Shown here: one piece after another, positions 21,382-35,296 of the stretch
How the letters are laid out: each line of letters starts with the position of its first letter
How positions within the stretch are numbered: the first letter of the stretch is position 1
Source: Priapulus caudatus
Lineage: Eukaryota
DNA length: 47,339 bases
Direction of reading: 5' to 3'
Assembly: GCF_000485595.1 (NCBI RefSeq)
Contig: NW_014577063.1
Coordinates: 392,046 to 439,384, forward strand
Notes under the pieces: model-generated
Seen by the model: only the letters and a program-made list of their open reading frames with translations
Databases searched by the model: none
What the model was told of the DNA's origin: nothing
Translations under genes and position numbers: made by a program

Positions 21382-21552
21382 CTATATAATATATATATGT
21401 ATATATATATGTATATATATATATATACAGATGTTATTTCTGATACATGAGAGATGCCTCTGGAAGCACTCACAGAAAGTGGTGCTATTGCACAAGCTAT
21501 ACCTTGCTATGTAAGACGAGTTAAATCAGTAAATTGGTAATAGATGGTCTAC

Positions 21553-21671
21553 CTTTCATTGTAGATATAGCCATCAAGTTTGTGCAGGTCTTTGCCAAAC
21601 CAACCAACAGGCCTAAAGTTGAGCGCTGCCTTGTGTCTAGTCCTTAGATTAGTGACTTGTAGTTGTCCTAC
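21553..21671 (-). CDS. OSBPL1A: OSBP-related protein exon
   Basis: VGQLQVTNLRTRHKAALNFRPVGWFGKDLHKLDGYIYNE(R); phase 0 to 2. Confidence 0.93.
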
Positions 21672-22162
21672 CTGTAAGTGCCAAGGTTTACACCTGTTAT
21701 GAAATACCTGTTATACGGTAGAAGTGATATTCGTTGAAAACATCAGGGAGATACTAGAAGCTATTCGTTTGTGTAGATTATTCACAAGCAGTGTTTGCTT
21801 TTTTACGTGTTGCGATATACAGGTCTCACACGCATGGTACCGTATCAAATTCATTTTACACGAGGAATAGGGGAGGAAGGAAGAAAACAGCTTCACAACA
21901 AACGCTAATATGTGCCTTCTAGCTCATAGAAAGGTATTTAATAAAGACATAATTATAAATTTTTCATATTTTTCATGAAACCTGTTGCATACTAATAAAT
22001 ATAAATAAAGCAATTATGGTGGTTATAAAGGGCAATAAGGAAGGCAATAACCTTGAATTAAAAATGTATTTACATGTTGCATTTAAAAAATTCTCAAACC
22101 CAACGTCCATTAATTATAGTCGGCCAGAACGTAGTGCAACAACTTAGAACATATTTTTATAC

Positions 22163-22241
22163 CTGCTCAATCCACATGTCTCCAAAAATTACATTATGGA
22201 CTACGCAGTTGACATGGTTAAGCTGGTATACTTCATTTCGC
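22163..22241 (-). CDS. OSBPL1A: OSBP-related protein exon
   Basis: RNEVYQLNHVNCVVHNVIFGDMWIEQ; VHN.I.G..WIEQ motif; phase 2 to 0. Confidence 0.93.
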
Positions 22242-22429
22242 CTGTGATCACAAACAAATTATTTTTAGCAATGCCAACAAAAATCAAGTACATAATGTCG
22301 TTCTTCAACGTGCCCCTCTCCAAAATACAATTTGAAACAGGATATTTTTTAATGAGATTTAGAAGGTTAGAAGCCAATTAAGGAATGCATACTCAATCCT
22401 ATATATATATATATATACGCCTAGAGAGA

Positions 22430-23420
22430 GCCCGAAACGGGCATTACACAGAATAATAATGTAGTACAAATATCTATCATTATAAAGTTCATAGATCATC
22501 TTTTGTTCAAATTCTTTAGTCTTCGTTCACTTTTTTCTTTCATACTGTTTGATTCTCTTTATGTTAAAGCATTCACAAGCTGTAAGCACCACAACATTCC
22601 TCCACTGATCAAGAACATTACCACACCTCAGAGCACCTTTGCAGGTATCCTTATATCTCAATTTAGGGCAACCAACAGATCGGAATCCATTTGCTAGCTC
22701 GCTGTATAGGAGTGCCTTTGCTGGTCTGTCATTATCCATTCTACAAACGTGGCAAAACCAACGCAGACAACTTCTAACTAGCTTCAACTCAATGTCTTCA
22801 ACACCTGTTCTGTTCAGGACCTCCTCGTCACTGATGAAATGATCCCATTTAATATGCATGAATAAGCGCAGGTTACGTTGTTTTATTGTTCTCAGTTGTC
22901 GAACTTGATGATGGTACAGAGTCAAGGTTTCACTGCCGTACATCAGAAGTGGCATAAGACACTGGTTTTAAACTTTGACTTTAGTGTTTATTGTAAGGTC
23001 ACGTGAGTTAAACACTTTGACGTAGTCGACCAAATGCACATGTTGCTGCTTGGATACAAGCTGCAAGTTCCTCTTTCATAGAGCAGTAATTTGTTACATA
23101 GCTGCCAAGGTATTTGAAGCGGGTGACGTTCGCCAACTTGGTGTCAGCTATGAAGAACTCGGCTTCAGTACCAATGCACATGGTCTCTGTCTTTGCAGTG
23201 TTAATAAGTAGTCCCATCTTTTTAGCAAGGTCGTTGTAAGCTGTGAGTAACAACTGTAGTCCCGCTGAAGTGTCACTGAATATGGCTATATCGTCTGCAT
23301 ATTGAGCCTCCCTGATGTACTCAGATCGTCTTTGACTTCAGTCTTCGAAGATCAAATAGATCACCATCATAGCGAAATCTGACCTTTACACTGCAGGTGT
23401 GCTTGATTTTCTTATAAGCA
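22430..23420 (-). mobile_element. 5'-truncated, decayed RTE-clade LINE in intron
   Basis: QYADD (YADD at 23290-23301), GLLINTAKTETM, FKYLGS, LMYGSET, LRWFCHVCRM, PKLRYKD; contains stops and frameshifts. Confidence 0.9.
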
Positions 23421-23578
23421 AGGCAAAGTAACTCAATCCCTAACGTGCAGAATTAGAATAATTAATTAATTGCCATGGCAGCAGCGTGGGGTGTGTGTGT
23501 GAGCATCTGCTATATCTTGACTATACTACTACTGGTACATATCTTGCCTGTGCACATAATAGCTATGTGTTGACTTAC

Positions 23579-23761
23579 TCTGTAAGCTCAATCGTTAACT
23601 GTCCATCTGGATTAATTTCTATAGATTTTCCCCAAAACTTCAACTTCGGATGCACAGAGCCTTGAAGTTTATAGCGTCCCGTTGTTGACTCGGCTTGGAG
23701 GGCGCTGATTGGTGGATGGTGGCTAACTTGCTCTAGCAACACCCGAAACCCATTGTCCAGC
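23579..23761 (-). CDS. OSBPL1A: OSBP-related protein exon with the OSBP signature
   Basis: LDNGFRVLLEQVSHHPPISALQAE...PKLKFWGKSIEINPDG; EQVSHHPP fingerprint; phase 2 to 2. Confidence 0.97.
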
Positions 23762-24953
23762 CTGCATATAGAAGAAACTGGTCATACAAGCAACAACAAA
23801 AAAGTAGCCATATTTAAAGTAACACTGATCACATAAACAAACTGCAAATATTCAATCCTAGTACAATAATCATCGCTTTCAGTTTAATGATTGTTGTACG
23901 TAACTAGGATAGATACTTCTTAGTAGAGGTGAACTTGAATATACACTTCAATAAGATAGCCAGAATAGAAACATTTCTCTAATGTTACATGTGCCATGAG
24001 AATCACAAGATGGCTTCATCCTTGCACAAATTGCATGATACCTCAAATAAAACGCTGTTTGTCACAAAATAAACCTATTAATCACATTTTAGAACATTAA
24101 AACTAAATATCAGTATATATATTACATATGTTCATAATAATACATAATAAAGGACACAAGAATGCTAGTAAATATTACAAGAGTTGTGGTGCATGTTGGA
24201 AACTACATTATGTTTGTGTCAATTAAATAAGATAGAAAAGGGGGTCAGCACAATATATTTAATATGATTTTACTTCGCTGCCTGGAGATTAAGGCAACAC
24301 TGACAAATTGACTCGAGTTTGCGTTTAACCAGTCCAATTCAGCGTGGTATAATTTTGTGTACATAATCGTTTGGATCGGCCATCAATCAAACCCTGCTTG
24401 AGCAAGGGGAAATCCATCTGTCCATTAGTCAATAAAAATACAGTACTGCAAGCCTGGAGTACGCGAGCAAAATTGTAATTTTTGAAATTGAATTTGATGT
24501 CGATATTCAAGTTATCTACTTTGTACATAGCATTGGGGGCGAAACTGTAGTGTTTTATTCTCCGTATAAGTGCTGGTTGTGGGTCGACCTTCAAAATTCG
24601 GAAATTAAGCATCCCTAATACGAAGCTCAAATAATTACAGCACGACACTAACACACCTGATGCAGTGCCCATGTGAAATACACCACCAGACTAAACTGGA
24701 CTAAATGTAAGAGCAGCTAGTGCGTTCCACATGATAGATCAACGAGCAACAACAAAAATTCTTCACATCTCATAGATGGTCAAAGTGATAAGGCAGAAAT
24801 GATATAATAAATATTACTTTAAATTCAATTTATTAATTTCAATTAATATTAATAAAGGTAGAAATCTATATCATTTTTTTTTCAACAATACAGTCAACAA
24901 CAGCTAGTAGTATCCGAGGCCACCGACACAATCAATAGCAATATCATATGTAC

Positions 24954-25051
24954 CGTTCCAATTCGTAGGTTTCCCCCAGTAGTGGGTTGAATGGTTTCGC
25001 GAATCGTCCTTCACTTGAAGCTACCATGGATACGTAATATGCTGTGACATA
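24954..25051 (-). CDS. OSBPL1A: OSBP-related protein exon
   Basis: YVTAYYVSMVASSEGRFAKPFNPLLGETYELE(R); KPFNPLLGETYE motif. Confidence 0.96.
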
Positions 25052-27826
25052 CTGAAAACCAATGTAAACCACATTATTAAATAAACTAGGCAAAAAAGCA
25101 ATTGCCGTGCACACACTGATAGACGATCCTATACCCTACTTGTCACCCAACCTCCACCCACCCCTATACATCATTATGGGATTACCTCCCCGCAGAGGGC
25201 CCCCAAATTCCCATCCATGTCACAACCACCCAGCATCCCTCTACTTATGTCACTACTCCCAGAGCCTCTTTAATGTCTTTAATTACGTTTTTAATGTATT
25301 TACAGGCCTTTTTAATGTCAGCCACAGAAGAAACCAAGCCCTTCCTTCTGATCTCATTAAGTTCAACAGGATGCCCAGACGACCTTCGTCTCTCTATAGA
25401 CAGCCCCAAGCAGCTGTACCGCCCCCCACCCCTAAGGCCCACTGCAAACCTAGCCTAACTCGAATTATCGTACCCCTAGCCACACATTGTGCACGCAAAA
25501 AATACCGGGGAGGCGAGCGATTTCGCTCCCGCAGCTTTCAAAGCGCTCTTGGTAACAACAATTACGATGAGCGAAAATTTGAATATACGCTGAAAAACGC
25601 TTTCCCGTGCCGCAAAACGTCTAGTCGTTCGAATTGTTCTGACCCGGAGACTCGAGACCCACCAAGTTATTCTGGGCACCATCTCTACCAAAACATGCCG
25701 GTCTCCTGCATGTTTTTATGACTGCTAACATAATATTATTATTTTATATATGTCAGGAGGTCATCGAATGGGACTGGGCCCGAACCATGACACTGATCAA
25801 CGTATCAAAGCTGTTAACTGATATCACTTTCTCAAATCAGAAAGTGATGTCTTTTATTCAGTTAATACCTAGAAGCAAGCTGTATAACTGTATCTTACTG
25901 TTATAATTGGAATGTTTTGATGTATGTATGTTATGTTGTGAAAGCTCCGTCCGTTCAATCACAATAGCAGCCAATATTTATCAGAGGACATGAGTCCCGA
26001 GCACGTGTTGTAACTTAATACTGGATGAAAAACGGTTTGTCGGGTCTTAAAAAAGACACAAAAACACAAAAAAAAGTAAGCATTTCCTGAAAAGGTGGCC
26101 TGTTTTGTACTTCTGATTTGACTTTCGATTTCTTGTTTGCAACAGTTTCAATTTCGTTTTTTCTGAGTGTTCCTCAATGTCTGGTCTGTGATTGTCTGCA
26201 GATTTGTGTTAGCCCATAATTGTTAAATAGAATAACCATTAATAATGATAGTTAATATTCGTATGCCTTATTTCCAATAGTTTCCCAGATGCATGTACAA
26301 GTTGAATTTCATAAGAGATATTTTTTTTGAAGTCTGCATGCTGTACGTTGTACGGGTTCAGAGTGAGCACGATCCGATCACATTACGAGCTACATTAAAA
26401 CATTTCTGTGTGGGTGTTTGTATTTCACTGTGTACTTGCCAAACATATGGTAATGTGTTTAACGTGTAAGCATGATTGACTTGTAGCTTTAGTATTGACA
26501 ATTTCAACACAATAAAAAAAACAACATTTGTGGCAACAAACTAAACTCTCCAGATACACCTTTACACATAACACTACTGCATCGGTAACACATGCATACA
26601 TTCACTAAGGCCATGCGCCTTACGCGGGTTTCAGCTAGTTACTTATAAATTCTAGGCACTTGAACTTTTCGCCGGTTAATGTGCGGCACGCTTTATCTAT
26701 GCATGTGGAACCGTGGACTGGCGGAGAAAAATCTAAGTAAACCTTACCAGAACTCCCCCGACATTCCTAGAGATTGAAAACACTTATTTTGACCAACTCT
26801 AATTGCGATTAAATGATATGCTTTTTAATCAATGTTATCTTATTATACTATTTTTTTACTCCTGCTAGTAAGATACACGCGGACCACCCAATTTTGTGCA
26901 GTTCCTCTAGTCCACTAGATTTTCATCCGAATCCAAATGCGGCGACTCGAAAACCTCTGCCGACGGCCCGGGCAACAAATCGCCTTCAGGGTGATGTGCA
27001 CTTGCCTGTTCAGGGCAAGCAAGGTCTTTTTATTTATTAGAATGCTATTAGGCATAATGAATTTTTGTTCCCCTTCCTTCATTGTATTCAATAATAAATC
27101 TGCCTTGCTGCGACGGATTTGAAGTGAAACATATTATGCGATAGTACCAATCAGTGCGTGCAGTCAGATTTGTTACAAAACTATGAATACAGCACATGTA
27201 ACCAGGCCTCGTGTGTTAGTCACCTTATGAATTGATTGTTGCTCTTGTCGATTATCGCCAAGCATAATCATGACTTCGTTTGTGAAACACGTTTACGATA
27301 ATTAGGATCACATTTTTCTGATTCTGAGACATTTAATCTAGCGCATCAAAATTTTGATATTTGCTGTATAATGTGAAATCAATCTATTTGCTATGAAAAG
27401 TAGCTCTGGCCAAGCCAAAATTAGCTCCCGTAAAAATAAAATTACGCGAGCTCTTTTTTGTCATACAAAATCAAAAGGCTCTTCGTAAAAAAAGAAAGTA
27501 GTTTTAGGACTCATGGCGTGGATCGCACCTCTCCACAATCAAAGACGATTCCAGTTGGCCTGCTACCTGTATTACTATCGACATAGATCATCAGTCCCAC
27601 TGCAATACCTAGCCTAACTTGAATTATCGTACCCCTAGCCGCACATTCGTGGACACCCTCTCCCACAATTGAGCGTCAAATCAGCTTGCGTACCTGTATT
27701 CTATCGACAAGATCATCAGTCCCACTGCATACCTAGCCTAACTCGAATTATCGTACCCCTAGCCGCGTGGACCCATGATGCGTGGATGCCCTCTCCCACA
27801 ATCGAGCGTCGAGTTAGCTTGCGTAC

Positions 27827-27961
27827 CTGTATTCTATCGACAGCATCATCACAGTCACACGCTTTATCCAGTAGGCTGATGTACTCCATCCCCTCGGCAA
27901 GCCGTTGGAGGAAGCTGAGCGGCTCGTTAAAGACAACCGGCATCGTTATCTTGGACAATTC
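27827..27961 (-). CDS. OSBPL1A: OSBP-related protein exon
   Basis: ELSKITMPVVFNEPLSFLQRLAEGMEYISLLDKACDCDDAVDRIQ; phase 0 to 0. Confidence 0.96.
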
Positions 27962-28913
27962 CTACGACAGAAAGACGAGCAGAGCATGTAAATCCGCAAA
28001 CTATCGCACGCCCACAAAATCTTACTCATTACAGATCTCACTCGTACATTTCACACTTCCCAACTTCACACACACACACATAGAGTTCATTTCTGTCAAA
28101 CATTATTTCAACTGGCACCATTTCTGGTATAAAAAAAATAGTACAACAGGTATGCCAACTAAAAAAATATCTTTATGGAAAAAAACATTAACGAACATTA
28201 ACATAACACAATTAAATCCGAAATAAAAAATTAACTGTTACCATTACGTCAATCTCTACACTGTGCAAGAAACGACTTGCACAGTTAACATAATGCGCTT
28301 TATATATGTACCCACTTTCTATAACCAAATCGTAGATAGACAATATAAACTATATATATGTATAAGTATAAAATAAGTGAGTGGATTAAAGCTACTGCAT
28401 ACAGATGACAATTGCCATGCAGGCAGATTTCCATTTTTTGAAGATATAATGCTTCATGATCGCTACTTACACGAAGACGCTTCCATGCTATTTCTTTTCA
28501 GATGCTGTGACATTCCTGAGTCCTTTTCGCTCAGGAGAACCATGCTTGTCTGTATCGTTCATTCGACGCATAGAATCGCATAGACCGCAGCATTGGCACC
28601 GAGATAATCGAAAGTAGCCGAACATCGATGATAATATAACACGCTGTCACAATGGCCGGGCGCTAGACGATGGCGACACCAGGGTCGAAGCGATCGGTAC
28701 CATCCTCAACGTAGCAGGACACGCCATAAATCATTCATCTGTTTCTACCACGTATGCAGCGCATCTACACACAGCAGCGCATCTAGCATACACACAGCAC
28801 AGCACAGCGCAAGCACACACGCACACGTACGTCTTCTGAGTATGGCCGCGCTAAATCGATGAGCCGAGTGGGTGAGGCACTGGGTCTGTGATCTGCTGAC
28901 GTTTGCCGGAGGC

Positions 28914-28915
28914 AT

Positions 28916-28950
<35 letters not shown>
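28914..28950. repeat. (CAG)n microsatellite
   Basis: Direct reading. Confidence 0.9.
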
Positions 28951-29509
28951 CAACTACACAGCCGCCGCAATCATTACTTGCGAGAAAATGCGAGCTAGCC
29001 ACAACATTAATCGGAGCATGCTATGGTCTCTGTACGTACCACTCATGCACGCACGTACCACGGGAGGAGCATAGAGCAGTCTTACAGCGGGGGCACTTTA
29101 CATTACATGCATGGCGGGCGGATGGGCAGCCGATCAGGAAACCGAGCACAGGAACGATCGCATGTCCTCAATACGCCGTGACGTTGCGCGCTGACAATCA
29201 CTCATATAGCGGCATAAGCCGCTATGCGCCCTACGGTATTGTTCGCTACCTGTGCTATTGTTCGTTACCTACGCTATTATTGTACAGGCCAAACGTACCG
29301 CCACAGGTGATACGTTACGATACCTACGCAGCGATCGTACAGAACGAACTGGCATTTGTAGAGACAGGTGAGGAAAAATGAAGAAAGATCGAAAGATGGA
29401 TAAACAACAGACAGACAAAAAAGGCTAATGTGTTCATGATTAAATGATAGAATAGAATAATTCAATAGGTCGATTGCTAGCTAGCCACAGAGAGAGATAA
29501 AGCGCGCGC

Positions 29510-32430
29510 AAGCCGTACAGCCTATAGCCTTGTACGCATTCGGCTCCAGGCTTATTGGGTTTTTAGATTATGGATGTGCCATGAATATGACAACACTGTG
29601 ATGTCATTGAGGCAGTTCAGGAATCCATGTTTAACCCTCCTCTTGAGGTCAAAATGTTATCAGACACCTACTCTTCGCACGCAGTGGAAAGCACTTCATG
29701 GTCCTTTCATAAAGTGATAAAAATGGGTAGGTCAGCGCTTAAACAAAAAAGTTTTTCACTCTGTCCATATTAGGGCCATGTCCTCAGAAAATGCTCTGAT
29801 ATCTGACCTTTCCGCCACGCCTTTGAGCCTTGCCCGAATATAAGAGCATAGGTCGCAGCCGTTAAGATTTGTGCCGCAATTCCGTATTCTCCTCATTACT
29901 AAGTTAAGGGAGAAATATTCCTCCTCCATTTACACATCTGAACCTTTGACCCTTGACCCCCAAATTTGTCATCCTGAGTCCTTTTCACGATCCCCCCCCG
30001 ACGTCCCGAATATCGTGACCGTACGGTCGAGCGGTTAAGATTTGTGCCCAACTGGCGGCGGAGCGGACGCACGATCATGCGATTCTACAAGCTGCATCTG
30101 ACTTCGTCAGATGAGCTAAAAGACGACACACTGTGGGCTACAAATTACAATATCCCTACTGACTCCGTGATTCAAATGAAAGCTTGATATTCATGATTAT
30201 GCCACTCCATATTTTTCTCTCAATGAATGTAGTATACCTTTTACTAATTCCAACACTGATAAAGTAACTTGGCTCTCAGCCTCTCACAGCTAGGCGGGCC
30301 TGCGGCAACTGTACACAGGCTATAGTACTAGAGCTAGGGTACTGCATGACCTAATATGTATAGTATCAAAAATATAGCTATGCAACGAATATATGGTCAT
30401 CATATATCTAATACACAAACATATATGCCACTACTATACACATACATATGCTCATAATAATATACAAAATATCTGTGTAACAATACTCATTTACCATCTG
30501 TATAGGAACATGATAATCAGGGTATCACTATACCAGCTACCCTATGCACATTGCACACACTCCAAACATATTACCAAGTGTCCCTCCCCCTTCTTCCCTC
30601 CCTACCGCCACAAAGCTAATTAAGGAACAAATTAGTGTAACAAATTAGTGGAGACAACATAAGTGTAAGTGTTATGGTAGGTGCCAAAACACAACCTTGT
30701 ATGAGCATGTAATTTCTTCTAGTTGAGGAACACGGCCAATAATAACATGATTGTGGTAAATGATTTAGTATAAATTTCCACTCCATCAACAATAATTCAC
30801 AAACCAATGAAATGCGTGTAAGCGCAGGTAAAGGTGCACTAATGAGTAATAGATCATTAGATGATTAGGTCAGGTGCATGGCACGCAAGACCCTGGTGAC
30901 CTGGAGATAGTGGCGTACTGAATATCAACTTTTTACGCAAATGTGCAATTTGAATGTCGGAACAAGTGCCGGATGGAGCGGACAGCGCTCATCTTTACGG
31001 TCTACTGCGGTGACTCTGTGGTGGAGTGGCTGGCGATTCTAGTAAAACCCTGTTAGTCCCAAATGTGTTCACATATGCGCCAAACAGTCGGAAGGCACAA
31101 GGATGGTATCAGGAACAACCCTCAAAGGAATGTCTTCGTTGGATCGTTATGAAAGTTGCCACGAGTGTGCGTGTACGTTTAAGTGTCTTAATATTAAGAT
31201 GGAAGCTCCCATCGCACGTAGTAGCAACAACTATTTGCAAGACAGAATAGGTAAGGATTCATCCATTTAGCTACGCCAAGCCTACAGCCGAAATTAGAGA
31301 GCTGCCACCTGTAACTAATTAACGCAGGCAAAACTACACAGTACTTCACCACCACACATGCGCCACTGGCCAGTGGCCACTGGCAGTGGCTATAAGTTAC
31401 ATGTAAAACACTGACAGTACAGAATTCCATGGAAAATTATACGATTTAAGGAAGCATAAACCGTTCTTCAACCCAATTTAGCTTTGGAAATTTCACTGTG
31501 ACATTGTTAGCCTCATACATCCAGGCATGTATAGATTCTACTGGCAAACCCGGCAGTCAAATTCTTTCTAACAGTAAACAATTCCATGTTTAACCCACCT
31601 CTTGAGGGTCAAAGTTATCCGACACTTACTCTTCGCATGTCACAGAAAGTACATTTTATGGTCCTTTCAACTAAAGCCATAAAAATGCTAGGGTCACCGC
31701 TGAAACAAAAAGTTTCAATCGCTCTGTCAGACCATGTCCTCAGAAAATGTCTAAATCTGCCCTGTGCCCATTGACCTTTGACCTGTGACCTCCAATTTCG
31801 GCACCAGTATGGCTTTTCCTACCATGATGCTATACACCGACTATCACGAGCCCTAGGTCTAGCGGTTTAGATTTTGTGCCGCAATTCTGCATTTCCTCCC
31901 TATACCCTTAAGTTAAGGAGGGAATGTTCCCCCTTCTTTTACACCATCTTGACCTTTGACCTTTGACCCCCCAGCTTTCGACATCCCAACTCGGTTTTCG
32001 GGATTACCCCCCCACGCCCGAATATCGTGGACCGTACGTCGAGGGTTAAGATTTGTGCCAAGTGTTGACGGACGGACGCACGGCGCACGCCGACGACGGA
32101 CAATCATGCAAGCTACAAGCTGCATCTGACTACGTCAGATGAGCTAAAAATTATTTGCTCGAAATTAGGTGTACACGAAACACGCTGCAGGTGAAAGTAT
32201 ATCAGCGCACAGTAGCGTGTTTTGGTCGCGTTCGTGACCTTTCATGACCTACAGTAAGTAGGTCTATGCGTACCAGCTGCCTATTTTCGCCTACTGGTTT
32301 TATACAGGCGCATCTGCACCGCACTGACACACTCCAACACACATGCGCGTTATAAAAACACGTTTTGCGCGGGATCGATCGTATAGACGCATCGATCGGA
32401 TATGCGCCAAGATGCGGTCATACATATATA
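29510..32430 (+). repeat. ~2.9-kb direct duplication, copy A (copy B at ~34690-37635)
   Basis: Colinear near-identity; differences are mostly single-base indels. Confidence 0.9.
31575..32147. mobile_element. HINE/Helentron-associated element (duplicate at ~36755-37335); left boundary approximate
   Basis: TGACCTT motifs, (GACG)n, hairpin CATCTGAC-TAC-GTCAGATG, ends GAGCTAA. Confidence 0.65.
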
Positions 32431-32470
32431 TCATGATTTATTACGATTTACATCATCATTACACGTGTAT

Positions 32471-32580
32471 CAAGAGTACATAATAGGAGATATATTATAA
32501 CTCTACATATAGGAGAGACACACATAGGATTACATATAGGACACATATAGGATTACATATTCTCCTATTATGTACTCTTG
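32471..32580. mobile_element. 110-bp P-superfamily-like MITE or deletion derivative
   Basis: Perfect 20-bp TIR CAAGAGTACATAATAGGAGA / TCTCCTATTATGTACTCTTG; perfect 8-bp TSD ACGTGTAT. Confidence 0.85.
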
Positions 32581-34266
32581 ACGTGTATCCATGTCAAGAC
32601 ATTCCCGTTTGTATTAAACCGCGCCGAGCCAACGCCTATACGTGCTCACCTAGTATACGTTCCCAAGGCCTTTATAATTTACCACGCTTGCTTTACTAAG
32701 AATCTGCATGTGCACCAATGTCTTTTCACATTCGTTACCCGGTTTGCTCCGTGTACCTTGATCGTACGTGTTCGGTGAGTAAGTAGGAAGGAATTTGTTC
32801 AGGTAGTGACAGATATGTGTGTCGACACAACCAGAAACATAGTTAAAGGTAGCGAAGCAAAGAACTCGATTGATTATAGACCGAATTCTAATATTTATTA
32901 GATGCAGTATAACGGCGCATAATACATTCATTGCCGATGCTGTTCATAACAATGGATGTATATTAGGAGAACATAACATACACACAATATAAGGGCGAAT
33001 ATATGAGGCGTTTCTGATAATATTACACTGTATTATCTATGCTACCAATACCTTTTATGGCCTTTTTTTTCAGCACGTCAGACCCATAAATTGTCCCCTA
33101 AAAATGTTTATCCCCGGGCGGTATATATTCTATGCCGGCACGTGTGCTATACCTCAATACACTAACCTAATACTAGGAAAAATAAAAAACAATTTACCTG
33201 AACATAATCGAGAAGGCACTCTAGTAGTCGTATAGAGAGAGGTGTTACACTCACGCCATGCATACACTTATTAGTATTAAAAATTCAGGTGCCTACTTTG
33301 TATTACTATTAGTGCAGAATCATTTACATCGTAGCTGCACAACGTATATATAATATACTGGCCATTTAATTTAGCCACCAGCCAATCTTACTCTACAAAT
33401 ACTAGAACGCAGAACTAAACAAAAGCCTGACACACCCTATTCTTAGGCTACTACAGATTATTACAAGACACCACGAATTAATTAAACATAATTAAGTTAA
33501 GTCATTAAGACTTTAATTAACATGTTATTGTATAACGACCATATACACATTGCGAGAATTTTAAACTGATTACTACATAGACAACCAGGATGTACAAGAA
33601 CCAGTGAAGATCATGTACAACCCTCTGGCAATGACCACTCTCTGTGTCCAATACCGAGGTTGGTCTAACACGTAAATACTGAAATGCACAAGTTTGTACG
33701 TTCATCCCAGAAAGACCCCTAACTAAGAAGAACGGAGAAAGATGAGAGAGACGTATACAGAAAATTTTTACTGACTGCAAAACCTCTTAATGCTGCCCCT
33801 AAATAGATACCAACAATAACTTATGCAGTCGGTCTATTAAATTATCACGAATCTTGTAATCAGAAACAACATCAATGCCAGCTTTTAATGATACATTACT
33901 GAAATATAGTTTCGATGTGACACAAGCTAGTAATTGTTATGAAATGCACCACATTACCCCATTATGTGCACACTTAGATTAGAACTATCTATTTACATAC
34001 ATGAAATGTGCTTGAACTTTTCAACACGTTTTCAGTGAGTACATTCCAACGTTAAGGTAATGAACGTTTATAACCTATTATTACTTATATGACTCAACAA
34101 TCGACAACGCACAGAATGTTATCACCCACTCCTTCTATGCGATGTAAAAAATACCTTAGCTAATTATAACGCTGATGCCTGCAATAAATATGTACACGTC
34201 TATGTTATATAATCATTATAAACCTTCAGCAAATACCCGTGAACAATACTAAACGAGTAAAATTGT

Positions 34267-35296
34267 AACAAGAGCCGCAGAGCGTCTAAAGTCATCTGAG
34301 GTCTGTTGCTACAGTTATAAACGTAACATTTAAGTTGTGCGTAGTGACACCTTTGTTAGGCGCAGATATGCAGATACGCAGTTGCATACACATCATTTCA
34401 GCAACCTTCTGCATTCTGCATACCTCCCAAATCCCATTGGTTGATACAAATCGCGTGTCTAAAACTCCTGTTTTATGGTGTATTCTGACCCTAACCCTAA
34501 CCCTATTAAGAAAAATAAATAAATAATTGTTGTAAAAATTATTTCTGGTTATTAAATTGTTGTAAATAAATCATGTAAATATTTGCGTTAAGTGGAATAA
34601 AATAGTTAAATGGATAATGATAGAAAAATACAGAAACCAAGTAAATAATAAAAAATCAGATGGGATTCGATCCAACGACCTTTGAGCCGTGACACCTATG
34701 CTGTACGCATTCGGCTATCCAGGCTTATTGGGTTTTTAGATTATGGATGTGCCATGAATATGACAACACTGTGATGTCATTGAGGCAGTTCAGGAATCCA
34801 TGTTTAACCCTCCTCTTGAGGGTCAAAATGTTATCAGACACCTACTCTTCGCACGCCAGTGGAAAGCACATTTCATGGTCCTTTCATAAAGTGATAAAAA
34901 TGGTAGTCAGCGCTTAAACAAAAAAGGTTTTCACTCTGTCCATTTAGGGCCATGTCCTCAGAACAATTCGTTGATATCTGACCTTTCCCCCACTGCCCTT
35001 TGAACCTGCCGAATATAAGAGATGAGGTCGCAGCCGTTAAATTTGTGCCGCAATTCCGTATTTCCTCCTATTACCTAAGTTAAGGGAGAAATATTCCTCC
35101 TCCATTTACACATCTTGAACCTTTGACCCTTGACCCCCAAATTTGTCATCCTGAGTCCTTTTCACGATTCCCCCCCGACGTCCCGAATATCGTGACCGTA
35201 CGTCGAGCGGTTAAAGATTGTGCCCAACTGTGGACGGATGGACGGACGCCACGACATGCGATTCTACAAGTGCATCTGACTTCGTCAGATGAGCTA
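34267..35296. mobile_element. HINE/Helentron-associated element, near full length (partial duplicate at 29510-30119)
   Basis: Starts AACAAGAG, subterminal IR TCATCTG/CAGATGA, GACG tract, hairpin CATCTGAC-TTC-GTCAGATG. Confidence 0.65.

Noticed and set aside
25107..25721. 204-aa plus-strand ORF
   Set aside because: Intronic and antisense, includes repeat-derived sequence shared with 27596-27765, and has no domain signal
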